DNA of 58,054 nucleotides, taken from positions 1-58,054 of the forward strand of contig JBFLGF010000203.1 in the NCBI GenBank assembly GCA_050230475.1. Reading direction: 5' to 3'. Positions 12,101 to 23,402 of the stretch are shown here, one piece after another. A program made the position numbers and the translations under genes. Numbering within the stretch: position 1 is the first letter of the stretch; every line of letters begins with the position of its first letter. The stretch is from Ancylonema sp. Taxonomy: Eukaryota. The notes under the pieces are model-generated. The model did no database searches and was not told where the DNA came from. It was given only the letters and a program-made list of their open reading frames with translations.

Positions 12101-13062
12101 ATGTGGTTGCAACACTGTCGTTGGGTCGTGCTGAAAATGTTTCGATCTGAGTGACAAATTCTGCAGCCTGAAGTTCGAAATCATCTCGACATCATGATGA
12201 ACAATTCCAATTCATTTGGTTCTGCTCCCGATGTCGTGGGTTTGATCGGTGCATGCTGTCCATCGAGTCTACCTTGCAGACGATAATATGCGACATTGGA
12301 ATTATGTTCGCGATACATATCTCGAATATCTCCCGTAACAGTAGTACCACGGTTGTCGCGTACAAAATGTTGCCATTCTCTATGAGCTTCTTTTTTCATA
12401 TACTGACATGCTGCAAGTACTGAGTCCCACTGTACATGCCCCATACGCTGTGCGCGTTGTTGAGTTCGGTCTAACTGTCTCAAACTATCGATGAGCTCAT
12501 CTTGTTTGACACCAGTTTCTCCAATATATGTCGGTAGTGGCGTTGGGTTGGCCATGGTAGAGTCTATCCCACCTTTTATCTTGTGTCGATAAATGGATGT
12601 TGTTGCAGCGCTTGGTGGCGTTGTAGTGGGAACAATGGTCGATGGTCCAGCCACAGGTGTTGTGGTGTCGACGATGTGGTCGTCTGTGTCAATAATCAAA
12701 ACAGGTTTCAAGTTAATGGAGCCTGTAGGTAGGCGTTCCAAAGAATGTTCTAGTTCTGAGATCGTGTCAATTTGTTGGGTTCAAATTTCGATTCTACTTG
12801 GGTTGTAGAATCGGTATCGAGAAGAGTACTAGGCAGATGGAATGCCGAGATATCGACAGCCTGTGCAGCTGAATTGCCAATATCAGAATGAATAATTATC
12901 AACAGCTGGTGCAGCTGGTGATTCGATAGTAACTATATCGATGTCTGGTGATCGTGGACAGTTATTGTCAACAGCTGGTGCAGCTGGTCAATCAACAATT
13001 TCAACATATTTAGTTATTTCCAATTTGGTCAATCTCCCTCTACTATCTCGTGACCACTGCAT
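9164..13062 (-). pseudogene. Retroelement ORF1: Gag (capsid-like region, CCHC zinc knuckles) and aspartic protease, disrupted
   Basis: FSARPNDSVATTFARFNE gag-like segment (~12090-12140); CYNCHQTRHLSRDC (~11700-11742); second knuckle-like CEYCKGKHH (~11510-11545); VVVDSGA (~10575-10590) and FDVLLGNEIL (~10335-10360) retropepsin motifs. Several frameshifts and stops. No YxDD RT motif was seen. Confidence 0.8.
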
Positions 13063-13192
13063 GCAATACTCTTGCGAGCACATCGAATACCGGATAGTAG
13101 AAGAAAAGTTGTCGAGAGAAAAAAAAAAATCGAGGTAATTTATCTTTTCTGACTTTAAATTGTTGATAATTCAAGGTCTTCCGCGGTCGGAT

Positions 13193-14354
13193 TGAAGTAG
13201 TATTGCAGATTGAGTCTCTGCTGAGATATCAATATTATATCCATCACACGTCTCAGCGGTCTGGTGAAATTCACTACTCAACGCTAAGGGCAAGCTAACA
13301 GATGGTTTATAGTACAAAAGTCTGTGAAAATACTATAAAGCAAACAAGATAGTCTGGTGCAGACTATCAAGGTTAACAGCCATAAGAGTTACTTTCGGTG
13401 CGAAAGCAAAGTATCGACGGCGCGTCGATAAAAGATGCTGGCTCAGAAAGAGCGTCAACACACAGATGTAAACAACAAATGCTGGCTCGGAGCGAGCGAC
13501 AGCAACACACACACACACACAAATGAAAGTGCCGGTTCGGAGCAAACGCAGACAAATTGACAGATGCTTCACACACATACACACACGCGCTCTTGCTGGC
13601 TCAGAGAGAGAGCGTCAACGAATCGATGTAAGAAATTACAACCGATAGCAAGGCTGGCTCAGAAAGAGCGTCAGCAACAGATTCATATGAATCACGAATA
13701 TACACACACACAAATTGTAAAGAATGATTTGCAAACTTACCTTCTGGTTGACGGATGTCAGGCTGAGACGAAAGGCGAGCACGTTGCGAAGTCGCGTAAG
13801 CGAAGGGATGCATTTTTCACAAAATCGCAAGGATTCAGATAACACAAAAAAAGATTGCTGGAAGAGATTTCTTAACAGCGCAATCTAACAGCGGAAGCTG
13901 GCAGATCTGAAAGTACAATTAACTTTTATCTCAAAAGTTGTTGCGCGGTGCTACCCGGCATAGTTAACTAGAGTTAAGCTATCGAAGATAACGACAGACT
14001 GGCTTCTAGAACATTACAATGAATCTCGGCGCGACGATGAAACGGCACGAGATATTGCTCTGGTTCTACGGCTGGATTTAATCGCCGGGATTATCGACGA
14101 GTCGAAAGTGACTTGTGATATAACAAAAATCGACACGCAACTATTTGTTGAAGACTGCTGGATTCTATACTTCGGAAAATACGCCACGCGTTATTTCCGA
14201 GTCGTACAAATTTCGTACTTCACTATTTTTCTTGTAAAGTACTAATTCTAAAAAGTCGTTGTATCGAATACTCTCGTTATAGAGGAGTATTAATCTAGAG
14301 GGGTTTCTAATAATCTAGAGAGGTTTCGCCTTAGCGATCTCTAGCGTCATGACA
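13193..14354 (-). repeat. Repeat A1 (5' terminal repeat) of retroelement copy 1
   Basis: TGTCATG...ACTTCA on the element strand; visibly more diverged from A2 than A2 is from A2 of copy 2. Confidence 0.92.
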
Positions 14355-15960
14355 ATCATATATTGGGGCATCAACGGATGTCACTTGAACTTAGTGTTAC
14401 TTGATTATCATGTATCCAAATTACGAAGCGACACAAAAATCACACGAGCAAGTTTGGTGGCGTCAACGATCGTTTTTCACTTATGGCATGTAGATGTTAG
14501 CGAGTTTTGCACTTGTTTTTGTTCACTTGTTTTAACACTTAGTCATATGATTTTTTTTTGCAGTCAAAGATGCTTACGATTGATTGTTCTATTCCCTCTT
14601 ACTTGTGATGGTCTTCTCCTTTTGATACGTGGTAGCTTCGCTTGGTTCGGCACTCACTTAGTATTTGCTATGAGATAAAAAATATTTCAGTTTAACATTT
14701 AAAGACCAACCAACCGACTTATAAAATCTCGAGATTTTTACATACGTCAAAAGGCCAAGGTTTTGATCAAATTTTATGATGTAGCATGTACAAGCACCAG
14801 TACGAATGCACATGTTTACCAATGTTCGTATTTATATTCACACGTATACACATGTATATAGAGAAATGGGGAATATTATTTTTTCCTCGCCGCAATATCC
14901 TTGCCACTACTTTGTCGACTTTTATTTTCTTCTTCGCTCTCAATAATTTCATACTTTGTGGTATTGTTTGGCTGATTGCGTGCCATCGCTTGAATTTCAT
15001 CATATGTATTTGAAAACGTGGGCTGCAGGTTATAACTGACATACATATTAGATCAGAGACGACTCCATCATCACGGCACTTTCTCAATTTGGCTTTTTCT
15101 TAAAGTACTTGTACTAAAAGATATGCGTGGTGCTCGATTTTTCGCACATACTTCAGGTGAAGGTTGAAACAGATGCGTTGCACTTCTCAAGACCACGAAA
15201 ACCTTAACGTGTTTATGCCTAAAATGAGTAGAGGCACTTAAATCTTGAGGAAAAGGCACTTGTTCGTCTCCACTCTACATGCATTTACATTATTTGAAGT
15301 TTCTTGTGATAATGATAAAAGAAGGACATGAGAGAATCGAGAAATCTGAATTTGCGTGACCATTCCATGCAATCAAAAGAAAAGATTGCTTCATATAATT
15401 AACAAAGTTTGTTTCGTTGCTACAAATGCTACAAGGTTGTCGTGTAACATATCTACTTCGGCGTATAAATTTTACAACGACTCATAACCAACTCACGGAA
15501 AAAATGGCACCGATCAGTATTCACAACTTGAGTACTTGTGGATTACGAAGAAATGGATGTTTTGTACGCGGGATATAGACCATGTCAAAATTCCACATAT
15601 GAAAACATTTCAAGCGAGTGAGAGCGATGTACGGTAAAGAATCATTAACATCTCATCATAGCTTGGCAGCTCGGCAGCTTGGCAGCTCGGTAGCTCTAAA
15701 GGCTCGGTTGTAGTCGGGGTCCATAACGATAAAGGATTGTTCGCATTTCCGCCATTACATGGTAAATATCCACACGATATGACGTACACCTCAACACACA
15801 ACCAAGCAGATACCGGTCAAGTTTTAATGGTTGTTCACGCACGGGACAAGTCCCGTACCGATCCGAGACCGATCCTCTAGATCCCGGACATTCGGAGGCC
15901 ATCAATGAACTCACTACTCCAAATCGATATCTTGGGACGGAGAAATATGTTGGTTTAGAT

Positions 15961-17926
15961 TAGGGATGGGGCCCAACCCGCAACACCACCCAACCCCGCA
16001 ACTCCGTTCGGGCTGCGCAACCCCCGCCCCCGAGCAGGCCAAACCCAACCAACCCAACCCGCAACACGGAGTTGCGAGTTGCGTGGAGTTGCGGGGTTGC
16101 GTCGGGGTTGTGTGTTGCTTTTTGGGGTTGCGTGTTGCATTTTGGGGTTGCGTGGGGTTGCGTGGGGTTGCGTGGGGTTGCGTGGGGTTGCGTGGGGTTG
16201 CGTGGGGTTGCGAAAAACAACAAAAGAGGGAATTTATCGATCCCATTATAGGATCGATATCTCGATCTTTGGTTCAATTTTTTTGTCATGGATTTCCCTC
16301 ATCTTGGAAGGGACGAAGCTTCATTAGAGTTCCACATTTAGCACTCAAATGTGTTGACCATTGAACGATTTGTACAGTAAAACTTGTCTTAGTCAACGAT
16401 TTGTACGGTAAAACTTGTCTTAATTAATACTAATACTGTCGGGACCGGGAAAATTTATTAATTAGTGTAGGTTATTAATTAACACGTTAGATTCCGGGTG
16501 ATAATCCGAAGTCGGGCTGAAATGTTCCTATTAGTTAAGACAGGTTATTAATCAGCACAATATTAATTCGGACAGGTCTCATTGTAGTGTGGGAAGGGAG
16601 CCATGGCCGATGACAGTAGCGGAAGTAGAGCTCCTGTTCACTATGAGTCCAGGCTCTGGTAATTCACGTTGATCTAGTTCTCCAACGGTATTTATTGTGG
16701 GAGAAAAGGTCTGCAGCAAGTTTGTACACGCTTTGGTCAAGTGGGGGGTACACTTCGTACAGCGTCCTAGTGGCAGCGGCAAAACAAACAAAATTGCAAA
16801 CAAAGCCTGGGGCTTTGTACAAAGCCCGGGGTTGGAGTGAAGATGAAGATGAGGATGTACCGACGGGCTCAGCGAAAGTCACTCTTGTGTCCCTTTTTGG
16901 AGACTTGGAGATGCCGTCCATAGGCATTGGTGACCTCCTTGCCTACAATCTGGGATAGTTGATAGTAGAACCTTGTTATACATGTGGCACCATAGGGTGG
17001 TGGAAAATCTATGATTACATACTAGTTATCGTTTACGCTTCCAATTCTGACTGCGGCACTTTAATTTATGACAATTTTGGTATGTATTACAATAAATTTA
17101 ATAACTGTGTCGGTCCGAATCCAATACCTATAATGTTCGTTGCTAAACACCTACGTGCAGTCTCTCACACCCACCTAAAAACATTACTCACACAATGGCC
17201 CCAGGTATTGATTATTTTTTGTCGTTATACTCCAAAGCGTTGCAATGGTGTGACACTCCCATGAAATGTTAACATTGTGAATTAGTACGTTAACTTTACA
17301 ATACAAGGTAATATGTAACGAACGACCGACTGCTATTTAATCCTTCAAAATAGTGAAGAAATGGGAATTGTTGTTGCGGAGCAACACGTATACGGAGTAA
17401 CACGAGTTGAACGATTCAAAAGGTTTGAATTAAGATAATGGAAAATTATACTAACGTTCGTTGAATTATGGATGATGACACTTGCAAGTAAAGAAAACCA
17501 ACTATTTAATCAAAGCCGAAAATTGACTTCGAAGGCATAAAAAATCGACATGCAAAAGAAATACAAGTTATGTTTACAGTGAGATTATCGAACTACCTTC
17601 CAATGATTGTATCTTTCTCATGTGCAGTGCGTTACTAAAAGAACGCTCAACGCGCATGACATGTATCATAAATTTGTTTTCCGAACTTGCATTGCATCAT
17701 TTGGGGGTGAAATGTAGTATTCTGGTGGTTTTTTGGAGTTGCGTGTTGCTTTTCGGGGTTGCGTGTTGCTTTTCGGGGTTGCGTGTTGCTTTCTGTGGTT
17801 GCGTGTTGCTACTTGGGGTTGCGTGGGGTTGGGTGGGGTTGGGTGGGGTTGCGTGGGGTTGCGTGGGGTTGCGAAAAAATCAACAACACGCAACCCAAAG
17901 GGGTTTGGGGTTGCGCCCCATCCCTA
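15961..17926. mobile_element. Non-autonomous hAT DNA transposon, ~1.97 kb
   Basis: TIRs TAGGGATGGGGCCCAAC / GTTGCGCCCCATCCCTA; perfect 8-bp TSD GTTTAGAT (15953-15960, 17927-17934); subterminal GCGTGGGGTT 10-mer arrays near both ends. Confidence 0.9.
16375..16584. mobile_element. Tc1/mariner MITE nested in the hAT element (same family as 186-358), with a duplicated left end
   Basis: TA|CAGTAAAACTTGTCTT is repeated at ~16406; ends GACAGGTCTCATTG|TA. Confidence 0.7.
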
Positions 17927-18639
17927 GTTTAGATACGTTATCAACTAAAGCAGGTAGGTGTCAAAGCCGGCAAAGCTGTTTTACGTGAGTCAATTGGCTA
18001 CAAGTTAAAATCTTGTGACTATTCTGCAATATCATTAGAAAGAATTCAAAGGTGTTTGCCACCTTACCACTGGTCTGAAATGCACCATACACGATTTGCA
18101 TTATATTCAAAATTATTGCTTATGGCATACACACACATACGTTCGAGTCACTGTTGTGCGAACAAAACCTGTCCTCCCAAATCCTTGTAATGCACTTTCG
18201 ACAACCACAACTTGACTTCGAGTTTCATCCAGCACCACGCCTATCCTAGAGATGAATCATTATTGATGTCTCGATCAATGAGTAAGCCCGGAATCGCACA
18301 TACATCAAGAGGGAAATGTTGTAAGCAAGGGAATGCGCGGACCCAAAGCTAGCGACGCTTCACAGAGTCTACTTTTAGTGTCAACGGCCTCTCTACTTGC
18401 CAATTGGGTTTGTTCTTACTGATCACCAACATGCCTCAATTTCGACAAACAAAGTGCGCATGAGCAATGAGGCAATTCAACATTTCACCAACTCTGCCTT
18501 TTTCAATGTCCCATGAAACAAATCTAACAGGCAGTCTAGTCCATCGTCTATCGGAACCTCTATGACAACTTTATATAACTATTGAGCATACGGATATCAG
18601 ATTTCGGATAGTGGGCATCGATATGTTGGTCGAATCGAA

Positions 18640-19620
18640 GTACTTCTACTTCGACGTACTCCTAAGAACCTCGAGTGAGGAACACGTGTGGGTGGATGAC
18701 GAGAATTCGCATGTCGCTTCCTTTGTGTGTTCTCGCAACCTCTCAAAGGGAACCTTCAGGAATTACTCCCGGGATTTGCTGCGAATGTCTCATGGTATCG
18801 TGGGCGTGGATCAATACATGGCCCAAACACGAAAACCCGAGGGGATTTGCAATGTTTGCATGGGGCTGTGGCTTGTCTCACAAGCTTCCAACACCTCAAT
18901 GTTGGGAACACGGGCGGCTATCGTTTCTAAGACAGGGGCAGTTGAGGGAGAGGGCCACCTCTGGTTGGCATCACCATCAGAGGCACTAGGGCGCTTCTTT
19001 TAGAGATTCGGTTGAGAGGTGTGTGAGGCTCGGACCGTCTACGACCAGAGACCGGTTATAGTCCGTTTCAGTAAGCCGAAGCCTTTCTGGTATGGAGTAG
19101 ACACGTGTGCGAACCCTTGGCCCCTTTCGGAACAAGCGTCCTTGAGTATCAATGGTTGGAGCTTGGGGCAGGCGGCCAGAAGGGAGGGACCAACGGACGA
19201 GTCGTTGATGTGATATTAGCCAAATGATGTATTTCTTGTCCTTCTCGCAGTGCCTCGAGAACCTGAGATCCTTTGTGGCTTGTGGCACTCTAAACATACG
19301 GCCCCGCACGACCTTAGCCCCACTAACACCTTCCTTCAGAGTGCATTTCCCTCAGTCAAGACCTTTCCCCAGTCCCTTGCTCACTCACAGTGTGCCTCAA
19401 AACGGTCTTTTGGGGTAGATACGAGAACACCTCTTCTGGAACGAATGCATTCAGATTCTTCAGCTCCCTCTCCCCTTCCTCTACCCCACCACCTCTCCAA
19501 AGTGCCTCTGTACAGACCCACTCACTACCACCCCCGCTCTCGAATGCACATTTAACGACCCGCCGCCCTCTTCTCTCGGCCCCTCAGTACCCCTGTGCAA
19601 AGCCGCTTGTTTTCTCTTCT
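18640..19620 (-). pseudogene. Possible degenerate F-box/LRR-like gene fragment
   Basis: LRR-like peptides in different frames: SLLAACPKLQPLIL, SLVVDGPSLTHL, IAARVPNIEVLEAC, THTCSSLEVL. Many stops. Boundaries are approximate. Confidence 0.35.
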
Positions 19621-20770
19621 TTCCATCGTATCTCTGGCGCCGTAACACTTCCTGATTCGGTGCCACCTCAAATATGCCCGTCAATGATGAAAGTGCGGTG
19701 GTGGCAGACTCAAAAATGTCCTGTCTAACAAGTAATGACTCGCATTGGTATTCAAACCTGAAAGCATGGACGTACCTGACTAGTATTGTGAGGGTGTTTC
19801 TGTTTTACACGAGGATTGAGATTTTGAAGGGAACTGAACGCAGGGTCTGAGCTCGACACTGATCATGAAACGAGGGACAAGTTTGGCTCCCAGGTTTAGT
19901 TTTGTCTCGGTGGACATTTTTTTGAAGCGCTGGAGACAGAGCTCTGTACATTTATTATTAGTTGAATTTGAAGCTCGTGCGCATTTATTTCGTTCTCTTC
20001 GTTCTACATCCTTGTCTGCGAATACAAGTACGCCGAAAATTTGCACGTAGCAAAAGTGGATTCAGCACTGATGCACATAATCATTCTCGGATGAGTCCAA
20101 ATATTTCGGGATATACACTGAAAGTTTCAGCTACCAGAATTACGCATGGTGTAAGTTCGGCAGCATGATTGCCATCCGAGAATATCGTCCAAGCTCTCCT
20201 TAGTGTAGTAGGTCGTGTATAAAATACCATTATCAGCTCTGGCAGGTCGTGTCAGGTCTACGGAAAGCTGTATCACCGTCACAAGGTCACGGCGTTGCTT
20301 CGTAAATCCTGGTTGTCTTCTCTGGACGATCCACACAATCGCTGGTATGGAGATGGATTGCTGGATGGAGGGGGAGTAGCACTAACCGCTTCGCCGTGTG
20401 GGGACTCCTGTAACGAATCTCTGAGGTGCCAAATCTTGTCGTCCGTGCGGAGAGCCCTTTGAGTCCGGTCATCCTTTTGGGCTCACCTGCCTCCCCTCTT
20501 GGCAGGACCATACAGATCGACGGTCCGATAACTACATTCACACACGTGGAGATCGCACCGTTCAAATGGTTTGAATTTGAAGTTCTCATTCAACGACGCG
20601 ATAGTAATCCGTCTTTTGCGCAGAATCCTTGCGAAATTGCGATTCCAGCCATCAAGTTTATTGGTCCTCCGAAGCCATCAAGAGCGCCAACCTGCATAAA
20701 GGCACTCAGGGCACATCCCACCCACTAGATTCGAATTCGCCCTCCCCACCACGTATCTCTTCTGCCGTGA

Positions 20771-21855
<1,085 letters not shown>

Positions 21856-23402
21856 TTGACCACCAAAAAAATAAATCTGTGTATGTAAGAGATTTTGTAC
21901 AGATACTTTTTAGACACATAACTGATGATGGTGTGTAGAGTCAGCCTATCCGAATCCATTCATGTTTGATAGAGGTTATCATATAGGATCCCATGCAATT
22001 TGTAGCCCGCAAATTTAGTTGGGAATAAACATTTTTTAGATTATTTTTTTTCGCCCGCGGTACAATCAAAATCCGGCTTGTGGGAGTATGGTAGTTCCCA
22101 GATAATTTCTGGAACAGTCATTTGATATGTGACCTAAATTGGGTTTGCTCTCAACCTTTAATTTTACGGTGACTATCAGCTGATACTGATGTTGTTGATA
22201 TCATGTCTTGTTAGTTGGATGATCGGTTGTTTCCTTGACTGTTGATTGTCTTCCCTTGCAACTCTATGATTGGAGAAGCAGTGAATAAATTAGTCATGTC
22301 ATAACTTTCTTCCCAAATGCGTAGGGAGCAGAAAAGTTGTTTGCATGCAATCTGGAGAACTATTGTCAAATTCGAACTACTTTGAGGAGAAGTGGATTGT
22401 CACATGACAGAAATTGTAAGGTCAGTCACCATACAAGTGAACTTCTTTTAATATTTGTTATGGAAGGTAGATATGGCAATTGGTCCTTATGAAACTACAT
22501 CACCAGTCACTTCATTATAAACACCAACCCAAAGGGGGGAAGAAGAGGGATCAGGAACATGTGCACCTAAATAACAGATTTCGAACATGCAAAGGTATAC
22601 AAAAAATAAATGTAAAATAGCGGAGCCCAATAATAACACACGGAAATGCAGAACAGTACAGTGACCTTTCCTCATAACACAAATATTTTACATACACACT
22701 ACAAATCCGTGATAATACATTACTCAGTATTTATGCAGGCATTACTTTGACTGACTATACATCTAATCTACATCCACCACACAGGCCTCCATTCCTTAAA
22801 CTGCTTGCTACTTAGTGGTGCAGATGGAAATAACCACTCTCTCTGCACAAACCAGTGAAAATAATATTATATGAGTGTCCCCTAAGTACTAACAAGCCAC
22901 ATTCATGTTTGAAAGAAAGCATAAAATACATTAATAGCTCCCTACTTCATCCTAATAAAGCACATAAACGTGAAGCTGCTGCAATAGTTTTCTGCAACTA
23001 TCTTCCATTCACCGAATTGCGAATGTAACAGACACTCACAAGAACATGTGTCACATAAAAGCCACGAAAAATCACTTCCTCACATCTATTGTACTTGTCG
23101 CACTCCCCCCCTGTAGTGGAGCTGACAGCCGAGAACAGTCATGCAAACGTGCCCTGAATGCGGGGGACGGTGACAGTTCATCCGCTGCAACACAGCAAGT
23201 AAGAAAAGTGGATGTATTTCTAAAAGCAGTACCCTGGCACAAAAAAAGATTAGAACAATTTCAGAAACAGCATAGCCCAACCTCAGACCTAGCTGCATAC
23301 AGTCAACCTGTTCAATCTTCAATAACAATCCTTCAACCGCCCTGCTTGCCCAATAGTATACCCAAACCTCCTCGCATCTAAGCATGTCAGCTCTCGCTTC
23401 GT

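Larger units (their letters stand above)
4513..14354 (-). mobile_element. Non-autonomous Ty3-like retroelement with split (permuted) LTRs, copy 1: A1-gag/PR-C5-MTase-like-PPT-B1-A2-B2
   Basis: Element strand starts TGTCATGACG and ends CACGTCA. Flanks ATTA (4509-4512) / ATCA (14355-14358) form a 4-bp TSD with one transition. A repeats (~1.16 kb) at 13193-14354 and ~4709-5865; B repeats (~194 bp) at 5868-6061 and 4513-4707. Zinc knuckle and DSG protease motifs are internal. Confidence 0.9.

Noticed and set aside
4513..14354. Classification as an ordinary DIRS/Ngaro tyrosine-recombinase element
   Set aside because: The split repeats fit, but no YR or RT is visible, and the protease, PPT, TG...CA ends and 4-bp TSDs point to Ty3-like chemistry. 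An autonomous partner with YR cannot be excluded.
4709..14354. Classification as a plain LTR element with A as the LTR
   Set aside because: The PPT abuts B rather than A, and the TSDs lie outside B2 in both copies.
16060..16215. CRISPR-like or telomeric array
   Set aside because: It is a spacerless GCGTGGGGTT 10-mer inside a TIR/TSD-bounded hAT element, in a eukaryotic context.
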